Source of the DNA: Bacteroidetes bacterium ADurb.Bin234
Lineage (GTDB): Bacteria; Bacteroidota; Bacteroidia; Bacteroidales; WCHB1-69
Direction of reading: 5' to 3'
Assembly: GCA_002069895.1 (NCBI GenBank)
Contig: MWCE01000044.1
Location: forward strand, 1 to 10,127
DNA length: 10,127 bases
Shown here: one piece after another, positions 1-8,047 of the stretch
Layout of the letters: each line of letters starts with the position of its first letter
Position numbering within the stretch: the first letter of the stretch is position 1
Notes under the pieces: model-generated
The model's input: the letters and a program-made list of their open reading frames with translations, nothing else
Told to the model about the DNA's origin: nothing
Database searches by the model: none
Translations under genes and position numbers: made by a program

Positions 1-2534
1 GCTGACACTTGTGGATTTTTCTCTTTTTCAGTAATAAGATATAAACGCTCTTCGGCACGTGTATATGCGACATAGTCGACATTTAAGGCATCCAGTTCTT
101 TTAACTTATTCTCTTCTTCATATAAATAAACATAATCAGTATTGTTTAAATTATTTCCTAATTTAATATATGCAATATCTATGGGATATTCGTCTTGATT
201 GAGGTTTAACCAAGCATAGCTAGGATTGGACAGGTTTTCTTTTTGGTGGGGGTAAATCACTACAGGAAACTCCAATCCTTTGGCTTTATGAATGCTCATC
301 ACATTAACGGCATCCATTCCTTCGGGATTGGAGAGGGAAAAACTATTCCCGTTGGCTTCCCAAAACTCCATAAAATGCAAATACTGTTTGCTTGCATTGA
401 TTTGAAATTGCATGACCACACCCATAAATGCCATTACAAAAGGATTGTTTTTGTTTTGAATGTCGAAAATTCCGATTAAACGTTCCGTTAATTCATACAC
501 ATTCAAATGCGCAAGTTTAGAAGGCATGAAATGAAAACCGAAATCCGACAAGGTTTTAATAAACAATGAATTCGTTTTAACTACAGAGAGGTATTCCTCA
601 AAAGGAAGTTGTTTTAATTTACAAATATATTTTATAATAATGGCACGCGATAAACTATTGTCAGGAGTATAGATACACGACAGGCATGCTAAAAGCAAAG
701 CCACATCTGCATCGTATTGTAAAAGAAGCGAATCGACCGATATAACAGGAACAGCGTTTTCAGAAAGATATTTGTTGATAAACGACCCCATTTCGTTCTT
801 TCGTGTTAAAATAGCGATATCAGAAAAATTGTAACCATCGGAAAGAAGTAGTTTAATAATCTCCAAACATCGTAAAGCCACGTAATCATTGTAAGTCATT
901 TCTCCAAGATTATCCTTAGAAATAGTGGATAAACACAATCCCCCGCCCTTGTTATTCGTCATTGGATTTTGTTTTAAATCCTTATACATTGAAAAGACAT
1001 AAGAATCATTCTCTTTCTGATTTTGACGCCGGTATTCAAAAAAATCATTGTTAAAAGCTACAATTTCTTCGCGCGAACGGTAATTAACGCCCAAGTGAAT
1101 TTCATGAAACTGTTCTTTTAATTTTTGTTCTCTTTCATTTATTATCCTATTATGTTCGCTACCTTCGACAGCAGGTAAGCGTTGAAACTGACGCACATCA
1201 CCTCCACGAAAACGATAAATAGCTTGTTTCACATCCCCAAACACGGCAGCTTTACCTGTTTCACCATGGAATGTTTCGGTTGATAATGCCTCGCTAATTA
1301 ATGGCAATAGGTTTTGCCATTGTAATATGGATGTATCTTGAAACTCATCGATAAAAAAATATTTATAGCGATCACCTAATCGTTCATAGATATAAGGAAT
1401 TGCCTCGGTTTGCACGATTTTAGCAATGTATTGATTGGTTTCGCTTATGTGCATGGTTTGCTCTTCTTGTTTCATATTATCCAACTCATGTTTGATTTGA
1501 TGTAACAATGAAACGGAAAAAATAGAATCGTTAATGGACTTATAGATTTGATATTTGGTAAAGTATTTTTCTTTATATGTCTGCAATTCATTAAACACTT
1601 GTATCAGTTGAGGAGCAATTGCATGTATCTTTTCTGTTATCAGCGGATCGGTTGTTTTGGCTGTCCATTGTTGTTGATTAATGGCAGCTTCAACATAAGA
1701 ATTATGACCGATAGCGTCCATTCCATTGTTTGATAATTTCAAAAACCAACAACCTATACCACTCTTAGCATGAAAGAAACTATCGAGAGAGATATCATTA
1801 GTCAGAATAATATCAACGGCTTCTTGTGCTTTGTACTTTACCCAATCATCGATTTCATGTATGGATTCATTTAGTTGTTTCCGTATTACTTTGAAATCTT
1901 GCAGACTGTATTTTTTCAAGACTTCTAAAGCAGCTATCGATTCTTCTTTATACACTTCTTTCCCTTTATCAAGCAAATCGGCATCAATTCTCCAATGCTT
2001 ATTTGCATCCATGCGATTAAAAGCATAATTAATAATTGTATCGCTGAGATCGGGTTCATGTCCGAGCTTGGAAATGAGCATATCAATAGCCTGTTTCATC
2101 AACAAATTATCATCCAGTTCCAACTTATGATTAAAGGGTAATTTTAGATCGAAAGCAAAAGTACGCAACAGGCGTTCAAAAAAACTATCGATGGTAAAAA
2201 CAGAAAAATTGCTATAATCATGATGAATGAGCTTCAACAAATCAGCGGCATAAACCTTCACTTGTTCCGGTTTGAGGATTTCGGTAAAATGCGACATCAA
2301 TTCGGTATCTTCTCCTTCGGAGAGAAGTTGAAGGAAAAGCAAAATACGCGATTTCATCTCATTAACCGCTTTATTGGTAAAGGTAATTCCCAATATTTTG
2401 CGATAAATAAATTTATCTTTATCAAAATGTGAAAAACAAATATTAAGATAAGCTTTTGCTAAATTAAAAGTCTTGCCCGAGCCGGCCGAAGCTTTATAAA
2501 CAAGAAATGAAGCGTTATTAAATATATTATTCAT
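1..2534 (-). CDS. UvrD/REP-type superfamily-1 DNA helicase, AddA/RecB-like. This is the N-terminal ~845 aa; the gene continues past the left edge of the window
   Basis: Rev-comp translation from the ATG at 2534-2532 gives MNNIFNNASFLVYKASAGSGKTFNLAKAYL... Helicase motifs are present in order: I (ASAGSGKT), Ia (TFTNKAVNEM), II (FIDEFQDTS), III (VFGDVKQAIYRFRGGDV), IV (NYRS), V (VMSIHKAKGLEFPVV) and VI (VAYTRAEERLYL). The frame is open to position 1. It is absent from the ORF track because no stop codon lies inside the window. An in-frame TGA sits 10 codons upstream of the ATG, so the start is well bounded. Confidence 0.85.
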   Translation of the reverse strand, partial: MNNIFNNASFLVYKASAGSGKTFNLAKAYLNICFSHFDKDKFIYRKILGITFTNKAVNEMKSRILLFLQLLSEGEDTELMSHFTEILKPEQVKVYAADLLKLIHHDYSNFSVFTIDSFFERLLRTFAFDLKLPFNHKLELDDNLLMKQAIDMLISKLGHEPDLSDTIINYAFNRMDANKHWRIDADLLDKGKEVYKEESIAALEVLKKYSLQDFKVIRKQLNESIHEIDDWVKYKAQEAVDIILTNDISLDSFFHAKSGIGCWFLKLSNNGMDAIGHNSYVEAAINQQQWTAKTTDPLITEKIHAIAPQLIQVFNELQTYKEKYFTKYQIYKSINDSIFSVSLLHQIKHELDNMKQEEQTMHISETNQYIAKIVQTEAIPYIYERLGDRYKYFFIDEFQDTSILQWQNLLPLISEALSTETFHGETGKAAVFGDVKQAIYRFRGGDVRQFQRLPAVEGSEHNRIINEREQKLKEQFHEIHLGVNYRSREEIVAFNNDFFEYRRQNQKENDSYVFSMYKDLKQNPMTNNKGGGLCLSTISKDNLGEMTYNDYVALRCLEIIKLLLSDGYNFSDIAILTRKNEMGSFINKYLSENAVPVISVDSLLLQYDADVALLLACLSCIYTPDNSLSRAIIIKYICKLKQLPFEEYLSVVKTNSLFIKTLSDFGFHFMPSKLAHLNVYELTERLIGIFDIQNKNNPFVMAFMGVVMQFQINASKQYLHFMEFWEANGNSFSLSNPEGMDAVNVMSIHKAKGLEFPVVIYPHQKENLSNPSYAWLNLNQDEYPIDIAYIKLGNNLNNTDYVYLYEEENKLKELDALNVDYVAYTRAEERLYLITEKEKNPQVS

Positions 2535-2554
2535 TACTGATTGAATTACGCATG

Positions 2555-2562
2555 CAAAAATA
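2555..2562 (-). promoter_or_regulatory. Candidate Bacteroidota -7 box (TATTTTTG on the minus strand) for the helicase gene
   Basis: The plus strand reads caaaaata, whose reverse complement is tatttttg, matching TAnnTTTG. It lies ~20 nt upstream of the ATG at 2534, in the divergent intergenic region. Confidence 0.3.
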
Positions 2563-2596
2563 CATCAATTTCTTTTGCTATTATCTATAAAAACAC

Positions 2597-2604
2597 TATC
2601 TTTG
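2597..2604 (+). promoter_or_regulatory. Candidate -7 box (tatctttg, matching TAnnTTTG) for ogt
   Basis: The motif lies 39 nt upstream of the ATG at 2643. It is the divergent partner of the helicase promoter. Confidence 0.3.
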
Positions 2605-2642
2605 CCAACCTATAAATAATTAACAACAAGCACAACTTTTCT

Positions 2643-3200
2643 ATGGTAAACATAAACATAGTTACAACTGAAGAGATTAAAAATAAAGGCAAAGGCATAT
2701 ATTTTTATTATGGATTTGGTAATAGTCACGTCGGCAGATGTTTTATGGTGTATTCCGAACGAGGTATAAGTTGCTTGCAGTTTACTGACATGCTAACAGA
2801 GACCTGTCTTAGCAAACTACAAAAAAAGCTGTCGTCAGCTATATTTATCGAAAACAACAACAACATTCAATTAATAGTGAGTAAAGTGTTTTCTTTAAAA
2901 AACAAACATTGCTTCGAACTTTGGATAGAAGGCACCTCTTTTCAAATAAAAGTTTGGCAAACATTATTGCAAGTTCCGTACGGCCAACTCATTTCCTATG
3001 AAAGCCTTGCTCAACAAGCCGGATATCCGCAAGCCGTAAGAGCGGTCGCTTCGGCCGTTGCACGTAATCCGGTAGCTTATCTTGTGCCTTGCCATCGCAT
3101 TGTCAGAAAAAACGGCGACATCGGTAATTATCGTTGGGGAAAGGAAACAAAGAAAGCAATAATCAAATGGGAAAATAAAAATTTAAATATTGATATATAG
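2643..3200 (+). CDS. ogt: Methylated-DNA--protein-cysteine S-methyltransferase (O6-alkylguanine-DNA alkyltransferase)
   Basis: The 185-aa product carries the C-terminal signature VWQTLLQVPYGQLISYESLAQQAGYPQAVRAVASAVARNPVAYLVPCHRIV. PCHR[IV] is the alkyl-acceptor cysteine motif and the protein has a helix-turn-helix DNA-binding domain. An N-terminal Ogt-type domain (GNSHVGRCFMVYSERGISCLQF) is also present. Confidence 0.9.
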   Translation: MVNINIVTTEEIKNKGKGIYFYYGFGNSHVGRCFMVYSERGISCLQFTDMLTETCLSKLQKKLSSAIFIENNNNIQLIVSKVFSLKNKHCFELWIEGTSFQIKVWQTLLQVPYGQLISYESLAQQAGYPQAVRAVASAVARNPVAYLVPCHRIVRKNGDIGNYRWGKETKKAIIKWENKNLNIDI

Positions 3201-3283
3201 ATCTTTAACAAAGCATTTGATGTAAAAGCATAAGTTTAATCGATTTTTATTATCAAAAGGATTGCATTTGATATATTTTTTAT

Positions 3284-3291
3284 TACTTTTG
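3284..3291 (+). promoter_or_regulatory. Candidate -7 box (tacttttg) for the 308-aa lipoprotein gene
   Basis: Matches TAnnTTTG, 46 nt upstream of the ATG at 3337. A TTTG lies 14-17 nt upstream at 3267-3270. Confidence 0.35.
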
Positions 3292-3336
3292 CAAAAAATA
3301 ATTAATAGTATAAATAATTAAAAACATTATTGCATC

Positions 3337-4263
3337 ATGAACAAGCATCAATTTTTAGCGACAATTATTTTGTCATTTGCCGTATTATTTACAGCATGTA
3401 AAAAAGAAGGAGTTTATAATCCTAAAGAAAAAATCAGTAAAATCTACAATCAATTTTCCAATGATTCCGTAACAGGAGATATAGGATTGATTGAAAAATG
3501 GACATGGGACGGAAACAAGCTTTCGAGAATTGATTATTTAGATGAAGGATGTTATGAAACATTTGAATATAAAGGGAGTCAAATTATTGGAGTTTCCGGT
3601 AATAACAAGGGAAGTTTCTACTACATTGCTTTCATTTATGGGGATAAATCATTATTACAAAAAATCGATTATTATGTAGGAGGAGAATTAGGAAGCACCG
3701 TTGATATAACCTACAATAATGATAAAATCTCACAAATGAAAATAAAAGTAGGAGAAAACCTATATTATTCATCAAAAAGCATGGATCAAATAAATGGATT
3801 ATCTCATATAATACGTTTTATCGTTTCCGAACAATTAGCCGAAAGGATGCAACAGCAAATTCAAAAAGCCGAATCTTCATATACAATAATTTCATTTGAA
3901 TACGAAGGGAATAATATCAAAACCGAAACATGGACCAATTCCGAAAGTGCCGATTCGAAAACGGTTTATACTTACGTTTACGATACTAAGAAAAATCCTT
4001 TCTATCATGCTTTAAGTTATAATTTCGGTTCGTTTATGTGTTTATCTGAAAACAACATAACAGGTATTACCAAAACCATGATTTATGCAACCATCTCAAA
4101 AATAGAGAAAACGGAATATAATTACACTTACGAAGGAGATTTCCCCTCTCAAAGGGATTATAAACATTTTGTTAAGACTGAAGTATTTAATCCTGAAACA
4201 TCTGAATATGAAACAAAAAATGATTATATTTTCACGGAATCATTACATTACGAATATAAATAG
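3337..4263 (+). CDS. Lipoprotein with degenerate YD/DUF4595-like repeats; function unknown
   Basis: Type II signal peptide MNKHQFLATIILSFAVLFTAC with lipobox LFTAC. The mature 287-aa part is Tyr-rich with repeated Y/W-x-[YW]-[DE]-x-x-[NK] motifs (WTWDGNKLSRIDY, ITYNNDKISQMKI, FEYEGNNIKTETW, YTYVYDTKKNPFY, YTYEGDFPSQRDY), as in YD-repeat/DUF4595 lipoproteins. It has its own promoter-like motif and a downstream terminator. Confidence 0.75.
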   Translation: MNKHQFLATIILSFAVLFTACKKEGVYNPKEKISKIYNQFSNDSVTGDIGLIEKWTWDGNKLSRIDYLDEGCYETFEYKGSQIIGVSGNNKGSFYYIAFIYGDKSLLQKIDYYVGGELGSTVDITYNNDKISQMKIKVGENLYYSSKSMDQINGLSHIIRFIVSEQLAERMQQQIQKAESSYTIISFEYEGNNIKTETWTNSESADSKTVYTYVYDTKKNPFYHALSYNFGSFMCLSENNITGITKTMIYATISKIEKTEYNYTYEGDFPSQRDYKHFVKTEVFNPETSEYETKNDYIFTESLHYEYK

Positions 4264-4293
4264 ATAGATAGATTATAAATATTACATATAGTT

Positions 4294-4324
4294 AGAGACG
4301 AGGCATACCTTGTCTCTTTTGTTT
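4294..4324. terminator. Bidirectional rho-independent terminator between convergent genes
   Basis: The sequence agagacgagg-cata-ccttgtctct forms a 10-bp stem with one G-U wobble and a 4-nt loop. It is followed by tttgttt on the plus side and an A/T-rich run on the minus side. It sits between the lipoprotein stop (4263) and the rnz stop (4326). Confidence 0.6.
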
Positions 4325-4325
4325 A

Positions 4326-5240
4326 CTATATATCTAATACCATCCCTTCTTCAGCGGCAATGGTATGAGGAAAAATAGCACGGGCTTCGTTAAGCAAAGG
4401 TTCTAATGAAGCGTAGCGGGCAGAATAATGGCCAATGAGTAAACGTTTCACATTTGCCGCTTTAGCAATAGTCGCCGCTTCCGATGCAGTAGCATGGAGT
4501 TTATCGTGTGCAATATTTTTCATATTTTCCATAAAAGTAGCTTCATGATAGAGTAAATCTACATTTTTAATATAAGGAATAACCGATTCGGTATAAACCG
4601 TATCCGAACAATAAGCAAAGCTCTTTGGTTTATAAGTAGAAGGAGATGTAATTTCTTGATTTGATAAACAATTACCATCCTCATCCACAAAATCTTCACC
4701 GGCTTTGATTCTCAGTATCCACTCTACACTCGGATCGTATTTTTCTATGAAGTCTTTATTCAAATTCGGTTTGTGAGGTTTCTCTTTAAATACAAAACCG
4801 GAAGTAGGAATGCTATGGACTAATGGTATGGTTTCGATTGAAATCTCATCGTCATGGTAAATCAAGGAATGTTTATTTGCTTTTATTTTGTGAAAATGTA
4901 AAGGAAAGCTTAGGTGAGTATTTCCGGCTTTCATTTGTATATCGATAATCTTCTTTAAAAGATTAGGACCGTAAATATGAATAGGTTCCGTTCGACCGAA
5001 AAGATGAAGAGACGACAGCAAGCCAATAAGACCGAAATAGTGATCACCATGTAGATGACTAATAAATACCCGACTTATCTTCTGCATACGAATACCATTG
5101 GCTTTCATATGCATTTGAGCCCCTTCGCTACAATCAATCAGAAAGAATTCATTTTCTTTACGTAGGGCAAATGCGCTGGATATACGTTGACCGACCGGCG
5201 TAGCCGAACCGCATCCTAAAACATGTAATTTCAACGACAT
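4326..5240 (-). CDS. rnz: Ribonuclease Z (tRNA 3'-processing endonuclease, metallo-beta-lactamase fold)
   Basis: The 304-aa product begins MSLKLHVLGCGSATPVG and carries the HxHxDH zinc motif (ISHLHGDHYFG). Its length and order of motifs are typical of short-form RNase Z/ElaC. It starts 12 nt downstream of the flotillin stop and is probably co-transcribed. Confidence 0.9.
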   Translation of the reverse strand: MSLKLHVLGCGSATPVGQRISSAFALRKENEFFLIDCSEGAQMHMKANGIRMQKISRVFISHLHGDHYFGLIGLLSSLHLFGRTEPIHIYGPNLLKKIIDIQMKAGNTHLSFPLHFHKIKANKHSLIYHDDEISIETIPLVHSIPTSGFVFKEKPHKPNLNKDFIEKYDPSVEWILRIKAGEDFVDEDGNCLSNQEITSPSTYKPKSFAYCSDTVYTESVIPYIKNVDLLYHEATFMENMKNIAHDKLHATASEAATIAKAANVKRLLIGHYSARYASLEPLLNEARAIFPHTIAAEEGMVLDI

Positions 5241-5252
5241 TGATAATGGTTA

Positions 5253-6731
5253 TTATTTTTTATTTGTATGTTTCTCAGTTTTGTCTTCCTTTTTTATATC
5301 ATTAATATCTTTATCAACCTCTTCGTGACTTGTATCAAGCATTTCCTGTTTCTCTTTTCCAAGATAATCGGGCAATTTCATCCCTGCCATATTAAATAAA
5401 TCATTTAAAGGAGGAACGGAATTCATTAATCCTGAAACGAAATTAGCGGTCGTTGTTTTATCACCTTTCGAATTATTACCGTCCCAAACAGTAATTTTAT
5501 CAATTTTAATATTTTTAATCGCCTCAACTTGGGTTTTAACCAATTCAGGAAGTTTCTCGGCAATGAGATAAGTAACGGCATTTTTGGTATCGCCTCCGGC
5601 AGCATTCACCAATTGTTTATAACCTTCGGCTTGTTTAGAAAGAATTTCGAAAATACCTCTACCTTCGGCTTCCATTTTAGCGAAAATAGCATCGGCTTCA
5701 CCTTTAGCTTTTCTACGGAAAGTTTCGGCTTCGGCTTCTGCATCAATAATAGCTTTCTCTTTTTCAATTTCGGCTTTCACCACCACATTTGCTTTTTGAG
5801 TTGCCTTTTCACGATCGGCACGGGCTATTTCTGCTTGTCTTTCTGCATCATATGCTTCTTGAAGTGCTTTAGCTTGTTGTACTTTTTCGGCTGCAACAGC
5901 TTTTTTCATAGCTTCAGCTTCGCGTTCTCTTCGTTCGGCATCGGAATTGGCAATTACAATTTTAGATTGATTTTCACCCGAAACAGCAGTAGCATTTGCA
6001 TCAGCAGTTCGAATACGAGTGTCTCTAACGGTTTCGGCAATACGAATATCTTTATCCCTGTTTGCCTCTGCTTTACCGATTTCACCGAAGCGTTCTTGCT
6101 CGGCAACGCTTTTCTTTGCTTCGTTAATAGCTTTAGCTGCAGCTTCCTTTCCCAATGCTTCTATATAACCCGATTCGTCACGAATGTCGGTAACGTTAAC
6201 GTTAATTAATTTCAATCCGATTTTACGCATTTCTTGTTCAACATTCTGACTTATGTTAATCAAAAATTTATCTCTATCGGCATTAATTTCTTCAATATCC
6301 ATGGTAGCGATAACCAAACGCAACTGACCGAAAAGAATATCTTTGGCCAATTCTTGAATTTGTTCCGATTTGAGTCCGAGTAAACGTTCGGCCGCATTGG
6401 TCATGTTATCGGGTTCGGTCGATATACCTACCGTAAAACGACAAGGCACATCCACACGTATATTCTGACGACTCAAAGCATTGGTTAAATTACACTCTAT
6501 AGAAATAGGGGTTAAATCCAAGAAAGCATAATTTTGAAAAACCGGCCAAATAAAAGCAGCACCACCGTGAATACATTTTCCCGAGCTATGACCTCCGCCG
6601 GCATTTTTACCTGTTTTTCCGTAAACCACCAAAATTTTATCCGAGGGACAACGTTTGTAACGACTCAATATAGCCGCAAAAGTAATAAAGAAAACGGCAA
6701 CAATAATTATTATTAAAGCAGTAAGACCCAT
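5253..6731 (-). CDS. Flotillin-family SPFH/band-7 protein (YqiK/FloT-like)
   Basis: The 492-aa product has an N-terminal membrane anchor (LTALIIIIVAVFFITFAAIL) and an SPFH domain. These are followed by a long Glu/Ala/Lys-rich coiled-coil flotillin domain (AEQERFGEIGKAEANRDKDIRIAE...EAEAETFRRKAKGEADAIFAKMEAEGRG). The gene lies immediately downstream of an NfeD gene, the classical yqiJ-yqiK / yuaF-floT pairing. Confidence 0.9.
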   Translation of the reverse strand: MGLTALIIIIVAVFFITFAAILSRYKRCPSDKILVVYGKTGKNAGGGHSSGKCIHGGAAFIWPVFQNYAFLDLTPISIECNLTNALSRQNIRVDVPCRFTVGISTEPDNMTNAAERLLGLKSEQIQELAKDILFGQLRLVIATMDIEEINADRDKFLINISQNVEQEMRKIGLKLINVNVTDIRDESGYIEALGKEAAAKAINEAKKSVAEQERFGEIGKAEANRDKDIRIAETVRDTRIRTADANATAVSGENQSKIVIANSDAERREREAEAMKKAVAAEKVQQAKALQEAYDAERQAEIARADREKATQKANVVVKAEIEKEKAIIDAEAEAETFRRKAKGEADAIFAKMEAEGRGIFEILSKQAEGYKQLVNAAGGDTKNAVTYLIAEKLPELVKTQVEAIKNIKIDKITVWDGNNSKGDKTTTANFVSGLMNSVPPLNDLFNMAGMKLPDYLGKEKQEMLDTSHEEVDKDINDIKKEDKTEKHTNKK

Positions 6732-6751
6732 AATGTTTAAATTTTATATGA

Positions 6752-7330
6752 TTAATTAATTTTCTCTACTAATAGTAAATTTCCTTCTAATACACTTAAC
6801 ACCTTAACGATATTTCCTGTTTTCAAAGCCTCGCCCTCGGTCATGGCATCATATTCTCTCACACTGTTTTGAACACTGATTTGAATTTTTCCTTTACCTT
6901 CCTTATGAGCCGGAATAGGTATATAAACACTCGCTGTTAATCCAACCGCTTGAGAAATAGAAATATTTCCGTTTTCTTCCATTTTACTTAATGCCACAAA
7001 AATAAACATGACTCCTGCAACAACAAAAAGACCTATTAAAACAGAAATAAAAATAATCCAAAACTGACTTTGCAGCATTCCTGAAAACACGATATAAGAC
7101 CAACTAAAGCCAAGAAAGAAGTTAATAAAATTTCTAAATGTAAAAAGTTGAAAAGGGGTAGATGTTGTTTCACTAATGGAAGGATCTCCCATATCGACTG
7201 AAAAATCGGCATTGGAATCCATGCCTATAAAAGTCATAATCATCTGTATGACAAATATCAAACTAGTAATTAAAGCAATTACCCATGCTATTTGTAGCAT
7301 TATATCCATTGAACTCCACCAAGTTTCCAT
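6752..7330 (-). CDS. NfeD-family membrane protein (YqiJ/YuaF-like), flotillin partner
   Basis: The 192-aa product has three predicted TM helices followed by a C-terminal OB-fold-like beta domain (GLTASVYIPIPAHKEGKGKIQISV...GEALKTGNIVKVLSVLEGNLLLV). Its stop is 20 nt upstream of the flotillin start on the same strand. Confidence 0.85.
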   Translation of the reverse strand: METWWSSMDIMLQIAWVIALITSLIFVIQMIMTFIGMDSNADFSVDMGDPSISETTSTPFQLFTFRNFINFFLGFSWSYIVFSGMLQSQFWIIFISVLIGLFVVAGVMFIFVALSKMEENGNISISQAVGLTASVYIPIPAHKEGKGKIQISVQNSVREYDAMTEGEALKTGNIVKVLSVLEGNLLLVEKIN

Positions 7331-7371
7331 TATATTTTGTTAGTTAATTTTTACTTAAAATTTTTATAGGG

Positions 7372-7379
7372 CAAAAGTA
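7372..7379 (-). promoter_or_regulatory. Candidate -7 box for the nfeD-flotillin-rnz operon
   Basis: The plus strand reads caaaagta, whose reverse complement tacttttg matches TAnnTTTG. It lies ~42 nt upstream of the nfeD ATG at 7330. Confidence 0.35.
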
Positions 7380-7724
7380 AACAATTTTAAACTATAAATA
7401 ATATTATTTGTTGATAAAATTCATTTTAATATTAAAAGAATAATTCTTTATTAAAATTGAGTATTGATGATTTATAAAAAACATCGATATGGTCTATTAA
7501 AGAATTGTAATAGTTCAAAACATTATAATTGGGTTTCGTTTTTGATTTCCGGTTTTCACAAAAAAGCTTCCAGAATCACACTTTATAAAAAGAGGATTAC
7601 ATATAAAAATCCATTTAATAATCTTATAAAATTTAAAAATTTCATTTCATTTGCTTGATTATATGACATATAAAAAATATTAACGTTTTTTTTTTGTTTT
7701 TTTAGCTATTTATAATAAAAAGTA

Positions 7725-7732
7725 TAATTTTG
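7725..7732 (+). promoter_or_regulatory. Candidate -7 box (taattttg) for the first small Cys lipoprotein gene
   Basis: Matches TAnnTTTG, 48 nt upstream of the ATG at 7780. A T10-G-T7 tract lies over the upstream (-33) region at 7686-7703. Confidence 0.45.
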
Positions 7733-7779
7733 CAGTCGTTAAATAAACATAAATAATTATTAATTTAAAAGTAATCGAA

Positions 7780-7986
7780 ATGAAAAAATTAGTTTTAATT
7801 GTAGCTGCATCATTAGCAGTAGTCAGTTTCAGTGCTTGTAAAAAAACTTGTACTTGTACTCCTTATGCATTAGGCGTTGCCGGAACAGCAGAAGAAGTTG
7901 AATTAACAAAAGACTTCGAAAGTTGCGCAGACATGTCAACTGTTGCAGAAATTGATGGGAAAAAAATCGGTCTTGAATGTAAATAA
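7780..7986 (+). CDS. Small four-cysteine lipoprotein, paralog A; 68-aa precursor with a ~48-aa mature peptide; uncharacterised
   Basis: Signal peptide MKKLVLIVAASLAVVSFSAC with a lipobox, then KKTCTCT...ESCADMS...DGKKIGLECK. The gene has its own TAnnTTTG promoter and a perfect 13-bp-stem terminator immediately downstream. The Cys framework is shared with the downstream paralog. Confidence 0.75.
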   Translation: MKKLVLIVAASLAVVSFSACKKTCTCTPYALGVAGTAEEVELTKDFESCADMSTVAEIDGKKIGLECK

Positions 7987-8007
7987 TTTACATTTAATAA
8001 ACCAGAT

Positions 8008-8047
8008 AAAGCATCATTAGCAAAAACTAATGATGCTTTTTATTTAT
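8008..8047 (+). terminator. Rho-independent terminator of small lipoprotein gene A
   Basis: The sequence aaagcatcattag-caaaaa-ctaatgatgcttt forms a perfect 13-bp stem with a 6-nt loop, followed by ttatttat. It begins 22 nt after the stop codon. Confidence 0.7.

Noticed and set aside
243-2432. Four short plus-strand ORFs (243-479, 1548-1733, 1831-2028, 2220-2432) in the first 2.5 kb
   Set aside because: All lie antisense to, and entirely inside, the continuous helicase reading frame on the minus strand. Their translations are low-complexity with no signal peptide, motifs or promoter-like boxes. The helicase frame carries all seven SF1 motifs in the correct order.
4261-4273. The (TAGA)3 microsatellite at the lipoprotein stop codon
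   Set aside because: Three units only, overlapping the TAG stop. It is too short to be a meaningful repeat locus or CRISPR-like structure.
5760-6130. Apparent repetitiveness in the flotillin coiled-coil region, a possible tandem DNA repeat
   Set aside because: This is protein-level low complexity (the E/A/K-rich flotillin domain) with degenerate, non-phased nucleotide similarity. It is not a true tandem repeat array or CRISPR.
5529-6716. Plus-strand ORFs of 226 aa (5529-6209) and 60 aa (6534-6716) opposite the flotillin gene
   Set aside because: They are antisense reading of the GAA/GCT-rich EA-repeat coding region, which yields an F/S/C-rich stop-free frame. The sense strand encodes a textbook SPFH-flotillin with its NfeD partner.
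7464-7658. 64-aa ORF in the 450-bp AT-rich spacer between nfeD and small lipoprotein A
   Set aside because: The composition is K/N/Y/F-rich, as expected from random translation of ~20% GC DNA. There is no TAnnTTTG box in a suitable position, no terminator and no recognisable motif. The region is better explained as the divergent promoter spacer.
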